Assembly: GCA_964016885.1 (NCBI GenBank)
Contig: OZ024743.1
Location: 152,272,001 to 152,336,000 of the forward strand
Direction: 5' to 3'
DNA: 64,000 bases
Source of the DNA: Eledone cirrhosa
Lineage: Eukaryota
Every line of letters starts with the position of its first letter. Within the stretch, counting starts at the first letter, position 1. This document shows positions 13,152 to 25,670 of the stretch, piece after piece. Position numbers and translations under genes: made by a program. The notes beneath the pieces are model-generated. The model did not search any database. It had not been told where the DNA came from and saw nothing but the letters and a program-made list of their open reading frames with translations.

Positions 13152-13375
13152 CACATTGCTCCAGTTTACTCAGCTGTAGAAATGAGATGATAGGGACTGG
13201 GGTCCCTATCATTCCACTGCAAAGTGGTCGTGGAGGTGCCACGGCAAAAAAGCACCCAGCACTCACTGTAAATGAGGTTGGTGTTAGGAAGGGCATCCAG
13301 CTGTAGAAATCAAGCCAGAATCAGTTCCCGTCCCACCCTTGCAAGCAGGGAAATGTGGACGTAAAATGAAATGAA

Positions 13376-13378
<3 letters not shown>
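13094..13378 (+). mobile_element. CORE-type SINE (5' end lost) with RTE-derived 3' tail
   Basis: B-box-like GAGTTCAATTCTC, CORE-like TGTGTTGTTTCCTTGAGCAAGACACTTTATTTCACATTGCTCCAG, then the same tail as the RTE at 46760-47030. Confidence 0.8.
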
Positions 13379-13417
<39 letters not shown>

Positions 13418-13429
13418 TTGGAGCTGCTT

Positions 13430-13597
13430 ACTGAGATCCCTTTTGGTGTGGAGAATTTTAGATAAAAGTAACCAGTTGATAATGTATCAAGCAAAGGAAT
13501 AGCAGATATAATACTATCCTGATAATGTTTGGGTGCTACCGATTTTTATTGCAATAACCATTTGATAAGATTTTCTATGTTTATAGTAAATGGATTC

Positions 13598-13638
<41 letters not shown>

Positions 13639-13998
13639 GGGTTTCTATGAGTTTATATCCCCAAAATTTCACTCATGGTGACATGCAATAGGGTAAAAAC
13701 CTGCAAAGGAAATTTCTTAAGCACACAACCATACATGTATCCACCAATGAAGATGATATTATACAAACTATTTGATGAAAGTATAATCAATGAGACTATA
13801 ATCATAGATTTTAGCCTCAGAGGTAATAAAGAATTAATAATTAAATCAGTATCTCCCCTGTAGAATGAAAACAAAGGAACTGTATTGATATTATATGATC
13901 ATCGATGGAACAAGTTAGAAGCTTCAGTTCAATTTTTAATTAAATCATTAATGAAAACTGCTTCCGGTATTTTGAGGAAGAAGCTACTCTTTACTTGA
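13430..13998 (+). pseudogene. Probable decayed intronless Cys-loop ligand-gated ion channel (nAChR-like / cephalopod chemotactile-receptor-like) extracellular domain
   Basis: Across four frameshifts: FGVEN/LDKSNQLIM/KGIADIILS/PDNVWVLPIFIA/PFDKIFYVYSKWIPLY(IY)nNGFL*VYIPKISLMVTCNRVKTC...PYMYPPMKMIL...IDFSLRGNKELIIKSV...LRKKLLF. The motif order matches nAChR-like ligand-binding domains, and frame 1 from 13558 to 13998 has only two internal stops. The WxD motif and the FPFD Cys-loop core are missing. Confidence 0.45.
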
Positions 13999-15500
13999 GA
14001 CCATATCAACACATTTTAGTAAAAGCTATCTAATATTAATGAGGATACTTTTACTTTCACATCTTTTCATTAAGTTAATATTCATTTTTTTCTTACACTT
14101 TCATTAATAAGTTATGGTGAATACAAATTAGGAATTTTCTTTCAATATAAAGCTGAAATTGCTTCTGAAACTAGGAATAGCTTTTAAATCTATAGTAGCT
14201 TTTACAGGTTTATTTATAAATAACCCTTCTTTTGTAGCTTTAATAATAAAAGTGGACACATTTTGAAGTATATATAATTTTCCTTTAAACATTTACTTAA
14301 TCAAATTTGTGTTAGATTATTTTGCTATTGAATTTCTTAAATGCCTGTTGGTCAATATATTGTACAGCAATAACTAATTAGCATATTCATTCATATTACT
14401 ATATTGCTAGCCCCTGGAGACTGTGATGCTGCTGGTGTCTATGTTCTGCTGCAGGTGAGAACTAATCATTCTCCTCTTAACTTCTAGATTCCAGTATATG
14501 AAACCTACGTCTTACCCTTCCCTGCTCCTTTCATATTATTTTGGCCTTCTCTGAAATGATTCCTCATTTTAATGGATATTTTTTATCATCATTTGGGAAT
14601 CAGGAGGTGAGTAATATTTTTCATTCAGTTGAAATGTGGTTGGATGTTAAGGCTACCATTGCCAGTTCTCAATTATTCTTGTTCACATGACTGAATTTTA
14701 AAATCATTTTTTATTTCATAATTACTACACATTAACTAACCCAAAATATTTCTGCAATGAAAATACAAGAAAAATAAATTCAATGAAAAGAATAGAAAGA
14801 AAAATATACATGACTTTTTTTTAAATCGAAATTCATGATTAGAAAATAATAATGAAATAATTAAGATAGGACTAATATCAATAGATAGCTTCAATAAAGT
14901 CATCTGGTTATTTATTGGCAGTATTTCTTTTCCACCATATAGAAATTTCATTACATCTGAAGGATTTACATCAATCGTCAATAAGAAAATTCTTAAAGCA
15001 TTATACCTTATAATTAGCTTCAATATCTATTTATGTCTAACATTAAGTGTTTGCCAAGATCTTTAGAAAGCTGTCAAGAATCATAAGTATACCAAAATCT
15101 TACAGTTTAGAAACAATGAAACATCAGATATTACAATGTATAAATTCTAAAGAAACAATATATAAATTATTATAGCTGTTTTATTTTCATTTATTTTCCT
15201 CTTTTACATACATATAAATTTTCCTCTTTTACATACATATAATCATTTATATTATGGATTTAACTTCAATGCTTAGATAATAGTTTATTTATATCTTGCT
15301 ATAAATTATTTACTCAAACATTATATATAAGAGAAACTTCGAAGTCCCTGCCATTTTTCTTTTCAAAAAATCTTATAGTTTGTTTACATTTATAATTAAA
15401 ATGTATACGAGTTTATTGCTTTAAAAGGAGATAAACTAATATGCATGATTTTTCACAATTGCTGAACTGTTTCAAGCATATTACTTATTTTATAATTTTA

Positions 15501-15685
15501 GGGCGGTGAATTGGCAGTATCAGTAGAGGGTTGGACGCCATGCTTTCTAGCATAGTTACGTCCCTTTACGGTTTGAGTTCAAATCCCGTCGAGGTTAACT
15601 TTGCCTTTCATCCTTACGGGGTTGATAAAATAAAGTACCAGTAATGTACTGGGTAATTGCTGGCCTTGTGCTAAAAGTAGAAACA
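15501..15685 (+). mobile_element. Full-length tRNA-derived SINE, family A, with TSD
   Basis: Starts GGGCGGTGAATTGGCAG; B-box GTTCAAATCC; flanked by an approximately 21-bp duplication ATTACTTATTTTATAATTTTA / ATTACTTATTTTACAATGTTTA. Confidence 0.92.
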
Positions 15686-16799
15686 ATTACTTATTTTACA
15701 ATGTTTACAACCATAGCTACATTACTTGAAATAGGAAAACAGAATTATTTTTACCCTCTGCCATTTCCGTACACATTGAATTTCTCTTAGTACAAATAGT
15801 CAAACATTATATCTAGGCATATTGTAGCTAATATCCAGCCAAAATCAATAGTTTCCAATATTTACTGCATGTAGTTTGATTGATGGCAGCTGGGCTAAGA
15901 TGGTCCTAGAGGATATATAGTTTTTTCTATTACAAATTTTCCAACAACTTCTATCATATCAAAATTTCATATAACATTACACACAATGGAAGACTACAAT
16001 TGTCATAAAGAACTTGGAAATTACCTATAATTTGCTTCATCCCATGAGAGTTATGATAGTAGAAAGGATGTAAATTAACTTAAATTGTATAGATATTTTT
16101 ATAGTATGTGATTAGAACTAGAACATATCAGAAATTCTAAACATATCATTTCTGATTTCAGCTGTGTATTTATTCCTTTTTTTTTTTTTATTACTCTGTT
16201 CAACATTATAAATGTTCAACAATTACATAAACATGTTTTCTAGTTAGAATATCAGCTATTACTCAGTTTCATTAGCCAATTTTAATAGCCCTATAAATTT
16301 CCTACATTTAAAAACATCTTCAATATATGCCTGTATCCTTGAAGTAACAAGGGGCTATTTACTGATGAACAGCCGTTTAGAATCTCAGAATGTATGGAGA
16401 AACTAATACTTCTTTCAGTTTCAAAAGCATTTACAACTTGGCAAATAATTTTTTTTTTACTGTTTCAGAAAGAGAAGGCAGACACTTTCTTGGTAGAAAG
16501 GAAGAAGATATCTCCAAACTAGAGATTGTCCCACATGCTTGCAACTGAGTTGACTTTGTTACAGCCACCTAAGAGCCATGTGATGGCAATAAACAGAGCA
16601 AAAGATGAAGTCTATCACTTAAATAGGCCACAGTGGAATTTGAGCTCAGAACTCAAAGATTTGGAACCCTAAGGCAACAGTCTAATAATTCTGCCAATCC
16701 ACCATCCCTTACAGATACTTTATTCTGTCAATCCTGAGCCAGGACAAATACAGCAAGGCATTTTGTTCAATGCTTTAATGGCAGCCAATTCACTGCATA

Positions 16800-18045
16800 T
16801 TTTTTCTTCTCCTCCTTTTTCTTTGCCCACTTATTCCTGAGAGGGTCATGGAGGACAGAGTCTTCAAACACTCCATCCAGTGGGCCATGTCAGAAGCAAC
16901 AATATCCAACTGATCTGGCTGGATCCCAAGTGAGACCAGCTAAGCTAAGGTCACCTGCCAGTTGGTTTTGCCCATAAAATCTGTCCAATGATCCTTTCCT
17001 GAAACATTCTAACCACATGCTCGTAATATCAGAGCTGTGATCTCTCAATTTGAAGAAGTTGCTCAATCTGGAGTGACTCTCTGATTTCCAAGCTATGCAC
17101 TCTATTGAGTTACGTTACTCCAAAGACCTTTTGGAGGAACCCCATTTCAGCTGCTTGTTTTCGTGATCATATTCTTTCGGTCATTACTCAAGATTCATGA
17201 CCATAGGTAATGGTTGGCACAAATACCGAATTGAAGATAGCGAGTTTGGCTTTTACACCTATTTCCCTCCTTCGGACCGAATGCTGAAGCTGGCACATTA
17301 CTGCACCAGCTCCTGCAATTCTTGCACTTAATTTAGCCTCCTGCCTTCCATCACTTGTGAACACGCCCCCAAGATACTTGAACTTCTCCACCTCCTTCAG
17401 TGAAACTCCATTCACATAGAGAGTGCACTGCACAGGCTTCCTTGAGAGGAAAAGTGTCTCAATTTTGGCAGCACTGATTTTCATTTCAGCCATGCAATAC
17501 TCGGCATCAACTGCAAGTTGGAGATCACCTTCTGTCGAGTTAAGTAATACCACATCATCTGCAGATTCCAGCCAACTGATTTTACACCAGCCAGTTGTGA
17601 TACCACTTCTAACCCGGCTTTGCATGTCAATCCTCTTCGTGAAAATAATGAACAGAAGTTACAGTACGCATCCTTGGTAGAGTACAACTCTCATATTGAA
17701 TGGTTTCAATTTAGCACCATTTATCTGAACACAAATACTTGGGCATTCATATAGAGACATCAGGGCAACAAGTAGATAAGCATCGATCACATGTGCCTGG
17801 TTAAACATCCACAGCAGGTAAAAAAGAATGCAGTCATATGCCTTTTTGAGGTCTATATAAGAAGAATATACCTCTTGGCAATACTCCCACAATTTCTCGA
17901 AAACCTGCTGCAGTGTGAATATTTGGTTGGCTATGCTGCATCCAGGGCAAAAACTGCACTGTTCATCAGCAAGCTTAGACTTCAGAATCTCCCTGCATCT
18001 TGTTGCCTGACACTTAGCATAGTGGTCCACAGATGTGCCACAAGG
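16800..18045 (-). mobile_element. RTE-clade LINE reverse transcriptase plus 3' end, decayed
   Basis: ORF 17659-18030 (EQCSFCPGCS...QIFTLQQVFEK...YIDLKKAYD...YQGCVL) and ORF 17188-17625 (ADDVVLL...KEVEKFKYLG...TYGHES); CT-rich tail at about 16800-16822. Confidence 0.93.
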
Positions 18046-19784
18046 TTTTAGAACAATTTGGAAAAAAGTTGAAAATATTTGGAAAATTGAGTGTTGAATT
18101 CGTTTATACTCTGTTCAGAATAGTTTTGCCAGTGAATTAATTGTTTAATATCTATATTCCTAAAATAACGTTACATGTGTGTGCATGCATCATACTTTGA
18201 TCTTGACTTTCAACAATAATTTAAACTCACAATAAAGTGTCTCTCTCTCTCTCTCAGAAATCTAATGATTTACTTTGGTATTTCCTTTGCTAGAATGAAT
18301 AACATTTTTATTTACCTTGCACTGTTAATATGTGTGAAGTTTGTCTTCCATACAAATGTTATGGTAGACACTTCATATTTATAGAAATTATGATAAATAC
18401 TTGCATCTTTTTCAGTGTTTGTCTTTTCGTAAAATCATATACTGTATGAGGTATTCTATCAATGCTGAAAATCATTCATCCTTTTATAACATTTTATTTC
18501 TTCTCTCTCAAGATATATATATATATTTTTTATAGTGTTCTTTTTTCTTTCTCAAGAAAAGTTTTTATCTATTACAGTACCCATATTAATATCACCATAG
18601 ATAATTTACTCAATTTTATTTTTAAACAAAAATACAGTTAACTGATTTAGTTAAGTATTATTAAAAACTGGTGACTTTTCAGAAAACGTCTATTTTCTAT
18701 ACATTATGGATAAAGAAGGGACACTACAAAGAAAACTGAAACATTAAAGGGACAAATATGCTATCAATAGTGAAATGGAGACAAACAAAAGAAACAAAAA
18801 TTGGAAAAGATAAAAATATGGCAATCTGAGAATCCCAACATGAATGAAAACAATTGGAAAGGGAATATTTTGTAAAACCGTTGCTAAGTATAAGTAAAGT
18901 TTCTTTAATGGGCTTTGTATTGGAAAAAGTGTATTTTATTGAGGATGATATTGTTATGGAAGGTGAACCTTATAGAAAGCAAGGTCATTGAGCCAGAAAA
19001 GAAAAAAAAAAAATTTACCTACTGACATAACCAGGTCATTCAACCTTCAAAAGGTAAAATATGCCTATTAACCATCTGAACAGAGCAGGATTTGAATACA
19101 GAATGTGAAAATCCAATGTGAATACTGCATGATATTTCATACAACACTCTAACAATCATGCCAATTGTCCACATTTGTCCGCACTGAAGAATGAAAGAAT
19201 TAAAGGCAAATTTGCAGGATTTTAATTCAAGGTGCAAAGAGCTGAAACAAATACCACAAGGTATTTTGTCCTATGCTCTAATGACACTGCTAATTTGCCA
19301 TCTAAAGGTATAATGACAATGTAAGGAAATATCACTAAGCTTTTATATCATCAGAATAATTTGATTCAGATGGATTTTTATTTACCTGTATATTTTGTAT
19401 AGTCATTTATATTTTATCCTAATTTCTTTTTTAATCATCCTTATTCATCATCATGAAAAACATCAGCAACTGTTGTATAATAAAATGGTATCAAGTTCAA
19501 TCATTTGTTTTAGTTTTGCTATATTTTAATTCAGTTGCTTGTTTTTTTTACAGGTCTTATTTGTCCTTAACAGATTTCTAGTTATAAAAAATAAATTTAT
19601 TCATCCCCTCTGTGCATCTCAGTGATTTGAGGTTAGCTCTCACCACCCCTTGGCCTGCCTTTCCTGTGGCTTCTTTTCACTGGCATTTCCTGGAAATTCT
19701 TCACCCATTGAACATCATCCATGCACATCACATGTCTGTACCAAAATAAAACATTTCTTTCATTTGAATATATTTTATTGATAT

Positions 19785-20290
19785 AGGTGTAGGCACAGCT
19801 GTGGGGTTAAACAATTCACTTCACAACTATGTGGTTTCAGATTCACTTTCCACTACATGGCATTTTGGGAAAGTCTCTTCTATAGCTTTAGATTGACCAA
19901 TGCTTTGTGAGTGAAGTCTAGCAGATGAAAATTGCAGAAGCCCATAATAATTTCATTATTATCGGTGAATTGGCAGTATCGGTAGAGGGTCGGGCGCCAT
20001 GCTTTGCAGCACAGTTACGTCCCTTTACGGACCGAGTTCAAATCCCGCCGAGGTTCACTTTGCCTTTCATTCTTACGGGGTCGATAAAATAAAGTACACT
20101 GGGATAATTGCTGGCCTTGTGCCAAAAGTAGAAACAATTATTATTATTATTATGTATGTGTGCATTTGTATCAGTGTTTATGTCCTGTAATTTCATGGCT
20201 TGACAAAGAGAGATTAATAAAATAAGTACTAAATCACTTAAGGTGGTACTCCAGCATGGTCACAGTCTAGTGACTGAAACCAGTAAAAAG
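19785..20290 (+). mobile_element. Older tRNA-derived SINE interrupted by a family A SINE (19963-20152)
   Basis: Head GGTGTAGGCACAGCTGTGGGGTTAA...TTTGTGAGTGAAGTCTAGCAGATGAAAATTG and tail GGTGGTACTCCAGCATGGTCACAGTCTAGTGACTGAAAC flank a family A copy; related heads at about 55-180 (+) and 54500-54650 (-). Confidence 0.7.
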
Positions 20291-20429
20291 AAAAAGACAA
20301 AATAAAATGAAGCCATGTATTATGTATATTACATGTGGTGAGAAATTGGCAAATCATTACTCAAAGTAATCAGGAAAGATACTTTCATATGAACACTCCT
20401 TATTTTTGCATTAAAGCTGTTGAATATTT

Positions 20430-21695
20430 TAGAAAATGATTGATAAAACACACCATTTACACCATAAATATTTTAGACAAGAAGTAAGCTATATCGTTGT
20501 AGAAATCATGGCAAAAAAGTAAAAATCACATACAATTATGGAGTAAACATTTTTACCAGTATGTTGGCAAATTGTAAATATTATGATTGATATGTAATAT
20601 ATGCAAACGTTTTTTATAATCCATGTCAGATAATACTATTAGTTGAGGCAAAACAGATATGTGCTAAGATGTTGAATAAAAAATGATAGTTAGAGTTAAG
20701 GAATCCTCTTTTTTTTAGTTATCCAGTTTGATGAGTCAACTGACACAACAGAAAAAATATTGAAAACTACTTTTCATCACTTGATATATATCTTTCAATT
20801 AGGAGAGAGATCCATTTGTGTTAAATGTGTGTGTGGGTCAGCAAAAGTGTGTGTCCCAGAAAATGAGTTGATAAAAATCAGAAATAAAAGAGGACAAAAA
20901 CTGCTTCATTTATCAACAGACAGAGCCATATATTGGTTACCTTTCCAAAAGGAAACTCCATCATAACAATGAAAGGTGTTAAAACACTCCTCTCTTTCTT
21001 AACTTCATATTTTTAGGAAGTTGGTATCTCTGCTGTAGACATAATTAAGACCAAGTACATGTTGCAGCTTTACACAATGGAGGAGGTGTTAAAAGTGTAC
21101 TTGTCACCCATCCTATCTTGGACAAGTAACAACATTAGACATCAAAATCAAACGTTTTCTTTTAAAATCTTCAGTTGTTCATTTTTGTATTTTTAAACAG
21201 AAAATGTTACTCTCTTTATGCTTAAAGTAAATAAAAACATTAATGTGTTTGCTACATTGTTATCTATTTAGAATATGCATAAAATATATAAAAATTATAT
21301 TTTTCAGAGAACTTTGAAAAGTTGTTAATAACACAATTATTTGAATTTTAGTTATTGTACTTTCAATCTAGGGATGGAAATGTACTTAATTCACCACAGA
21401 TACTCAAGTAATGCTATAATATAAAATCCTTCTACTCTTACTGCCTCACTTGATAGTTTATGTGCATAATTTGTAAAAACATATCAAAATTTACACTGAT
21501 GCAATTGTTCATATTTTATTAGACATTGCACGGCTACATTTCTTTGCAGTAAAAGGAATGCATGCACCCCTCTCAATTTTAATACAATTTTAATAATCTT
21601 TTTCTTTTATAAAACATAATTTTTAGAAAGCCGATGGTGTGCCATAGCACTTTTAGTAACAGTTGTTGTGGACCAAAAGTGGGTAGAAAATGCTG
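20430..21695 (+). mobile_element. hAT/Charlie-type transposase relic, internally deleted
   Basis: Frameshifted motifs SYIVVEIMAKK*KSHTIME...SMSDNTIS...IQFDESTD (Charlie/ZBED5-type LDESTD) and SAVDIIKTKY of the dimerisation domain; TIR-like end GAAAATGCTG followed by GTCTAGGC. Confidence 0.75.
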
Positions 21696-22629
21696 GTCTA
21701 GGCATTCAGCAAAAACATACATTTCTAAGCAGCATGATCCTATTTGATATAGTATAAAAATATAATAGTCTACTGCTTATAGATTTATAACTAAAAGCAG
21801 GATTAATTCCACATTCAAATAGAATACAAGAGGGTAGAAAATATTTTTGTGTACTGTCACAGTGTGAGAATTGTTGGTTGTATTGGTGATAGATGACATC
21901 AAGTAGAAGCTATAAAGTACTGAATGAGAATCAGAGTTAATGTTCTGTAGAGAAAAGCCTCTTAGTAGAACTGAATTTTAAAAAAAACTGTCAAAGTATT
22001 ACAACAGATAAATAAAAGCATTTCTAAGCACACAAGTTGAAAATAAAATAATACTATTAGCAAAGAGTAGAAAACATACAATTTACAGTAATGTTTTGCT
22101 TAGTCATGTAAATAACCACAGCTTACTCAGAAGTCAGTTTTCAAGAGCAAATTAAATAGGTTGAGCTATCTCTGAATAAGTTTCATACTTTCAGTCTATT
22201 TCATCTGCACTTAAACCATTATATATATATAAAGGAAGATAGAGCAAAGTTCAATTAAGAAAAATTAAGTGAAACGATTTTCGCAAATTGGTTTCATTGC
22301 AGCTAATAGCAAACCAAATAAGTTAATGGTTATGTAGTGTGATATTTTATAAATAATAATAGATTTGTTATGTTGAATGGATAAAGAAATTGTCTACCTT
22401 TTGTTCATTTTGATTTAACATAAAAGCATAGGAAATATCCAACTATAAGAATGATTTTACTATAAAGAAAAAAGACCAAACATAGTTATATGAATACTGT
22501 CAAATTGTTATGTCAAAGTTATTAGGAAATGTTATGGTTGCAGTTGAAATGAACATGAAACAAATGAAAACCTTTAACATAAAAGTCATTGAAAGTTTTA
22601 AGAAAACTTTTCCATTCACTCATCTTGTT

Positions 22630-24600
22630 TTACTGGTAAGACTGTAAGACTGTTCCCCTCCATGCCTTATTGAAAAGTGGGTAGAGATTTAAATGGACTG
22701 ATGAATATGAGTCAAAAGTACAAAATCTGAAATCTGCCCTGGGGAGTGACAAAGTGATGGCTGCTTTTTCATCTGAGCTTGAAACCCAGTGCACAGTAGA
22801 GGCCCAGAAGTTGTGGCTGCAACAGTTATGCAGCATAACTTGCAAATAAGCAAATGGAAACCCATCAACTACACAAGTCAATCACTGTCTCTATCAGAGA
22901 AGAACTACTCTCTCGAGAAGGGGAGACTTGCCATCATGACAGGAATCCTATTGAACAAATGTTTCTCTAGGGGATACCATTTGCCATAATCACTGACCAC
23001 TCAGAAACCTCTTGGATACAAATAAATGAAATTGGAATTGAGAGTGGCAGTGAATACTACATCAATGCCATCATTGCTAAAGATCTCCCAGATAGAGTTA
23101 CCCTAGAAACAAACTAGCTATGCTTAACCCTTTAGCCTTCATATTACTCTGTATTTACTATTGTATTTTGTGGTAAAAGCCTTGTATCACATAATTATCT
23201 CACATAATATCAAACCTATGAGATTTTGATATTATTTATTTTCAGAACAATATCTTAACATGAGTGGCTGGTTATGACTGGTTTGAATAGAAAGAGGTGA
23301 GAAAATTCTGACTGGATATGGCCAGTTTAAATGCTAGAGGTTTAAAGCTGACATATTGAAGGGTAACCTCTGAAAAAGGGCATGAGTACAACCCTTTAAA
23401 CACATTTTTGCAGAATTATCTATTGCTAAAGCACTATTTCTCAGGGACACTTGCATTGTTATCCCTAGAAAGCTACAATCTGATATTATTACTCTAGTCC
23501 ATGAAGGGAACCAGAAACTGACAAAAACAAAGTTACTCAATATGGAAAAAATGACTGAAGAATTTGCTAGATGTTCCCAAGCTTGTTTAGCTTCAATTTT
23601 TCAGCATCACAATGAACCATTGAAACCAAGTATCTTTCCAGGAAAGCCATAGCAAAATTCGTGCATGGATTTAAAGGATCTATTGGCTGGAAATTCTACT
23701 TTTTCTTTCTGATAGATGAGTACAGCTATTACTCTGAAGTAGAAATTATGACAATGACATCAGTGGATCACTTAATTCTGAAGCTTCACAGAATGATATG
23801 CACCCATGGTATGATAAAAAACAATAATGGCTTTCTATTTCTGTCAGAGGAATTCAGGAAATATGCCAACTGTAAAGTTTTGTACACAGGTGGATTGAGC
23901 CAGAACACCCTGAGAGCAATGGGCTTGCAGAATACTTTATGTAGATATTGGGCAAGTAGTGCACAATGTTTATATTCAAGGACAAGACCCCCAGACACAA
24001 CTTCTTGCTGAATTACCATGCAACTCCACACAACTAGTGTTAGCCTAGCTGAAGGCCAGTTCAATTGCACAATATCAACTAAGGTGCCTAAACTCAAACC
24101 AGCATCATCAAGTGCTCAATCAGATACTCCAGCATGATTCAGCCACAAACAGGAAGCCACAAAGTTGTTTGACAAACAAAACCATGCCACTGAGCATCAA
24201 ATACTCACAAGCAACCAACCGCTCATAAGATAGCAAAAGTCACTGACTAGCCCTCCTGTCAACCCTTTGCCTTTCACAGTAATTGAAGTCTCAATGATTA
24301 CAGGGAAGATAAGCAGACACTCACCCATGATGCATCCAAGTGGAAACTCCTCCCAGACAGACCACAATGTGTGTGCCCTAAGGGGAGAAAGGAAGGGGAA
24401 TATGATAGAAATGAAGAGGATTAGAGCATACTAATTACAGACCATCTACAGGAAGCAGAAACAAAATCTGCTAGTGCATCAGCAGATGTCAGTCAACAGG
24501 TGGTGCCTAAAGTTTGACACAGCAACAGAAATTGTTGACTTCTCCCTTACCTAGGCGCCTATGTTCAGAACTGAGATGAGTAGAGGTGTGATGATTCTGA
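22630..24600 (+). mobile_element. Decayed Ty3/Gypsy pol relic (RNase H to integrase)
   Basis: Fragments LSEKNYSLEK...LAI, ITDH, IVIPRKLQSDIITLVHEG and FLIDEYSYYSEVEIM...THG...NNG...SEEFRKY; interrupted by a MITE; no LTR pair identified. Confidence 0.8.
23128..23341. mobile_element. piggyBac-type MITE nested in the Gypsy relic
   Basis: TTAA-CCCTTTAGC ... TAAATGCTAGAGGT-TTAA; reverse-orientation homologue of 10426-10646. Confidence 0.8.
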
Positions 24601-25484
24601 CTATTGATGTATGAACAATATTTACTTGACAAATATCTATTGTGTGAGGACTCCTTGACTTTGATCTGACTCATGTCCTGCTAAATAGACATTTCAACTG
24701 GTAGAGCCAGAAGGCTTACAATTTGAAATAACTCTAGCTCTTACAATAAATTATGTTAAAACTTATAGTGAAATACCAGCTAGTTACACCTGAACTTACC
24801 CACCACTATTGTAATGCACACACGCACAACCCTTAGTGAGTATGGAAATATGGTATGACAAAGACTATAATAAAAACAAGTTGAATATCATTGTACAAAA
24901 TAAATGTCACATATATCTGAATAGTTGTATACTATATTTACAAATAGGGAGGAAATTATAATAGACAAATAAATTAAAAAAAATATAGAAAAGTATTAGT
25001 AACATACTTTGAATGCATATACACCCATGTCAGTGCTTATATAAAATATAACCATTTATATGCAACATAAACATTTAAATACAAGTGTATAGATACATAC
25101 ATATATATATATACACATTAAGAAAATGTAAATTAAAAAAAAAATTCCTTAATATTTGATATTTATCAAAGTTGAAAGATAATTAATTAGCTAGATTCTG
25201 GGGTTTCCAACGAGCATGTATAATACCGTACATGATAAAAAGAAAATGTTATAGTTTAGAAGCAGTCAAATAAATGAAATGTCACACTACAGCATACCAG
25301 ATCATGGTAAATAACATTATGTCTGCTAGAAATAAATAAGATATTCGGTGACATTGATAAATAGAAAAAAAGAATGTGTCTAACAACCTAGTATACTAAT
25401 TCAGAAAAAAAACCCACAGAGCTAACTATGTTACAATATCAAGCAGTGAGTTTGGAAGTGAAAATAAACACAATGATTTCTTTT

Positions 25485-25670
25485 TTTGTTGTTTCGCTCC
25501 AAGTCAACCCTGATCAAGCAGAGCTATAATCAGGGGCATTCTCCAGCAAACATCCAATGTGTTTTTTATGGTTCTCTAGGACATTACTGTCAAATGTATT
25601 TCTTCCATTTATAATACACTGAGAATGTGATTTGAGGGTGATTTAGTTACTATTTCTAGTATCGTGAGTG
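25485..25670 (+). mobile_element. Old SINE-like dispersed repeat family (representative copy)
   Basis: Motif GTCAACCCTGATCAAGCAGA.CTAT.ATCA...TTTGAGGG.GATTT.G.T.CTATTTCTAG recurs at about 2400-2570(-), 6910-7110(+), 10760-10950(-), 30355-30600(+), 34030-34170(-), 49560-49720(+) and 53490-53710(-). Confidence 0.65.

Noticed and set aside
15501-15590. tRNA gene
   Set aside because: The A/B-box-like motifs belong to a multi-copy SINE head; no cloverleaf.
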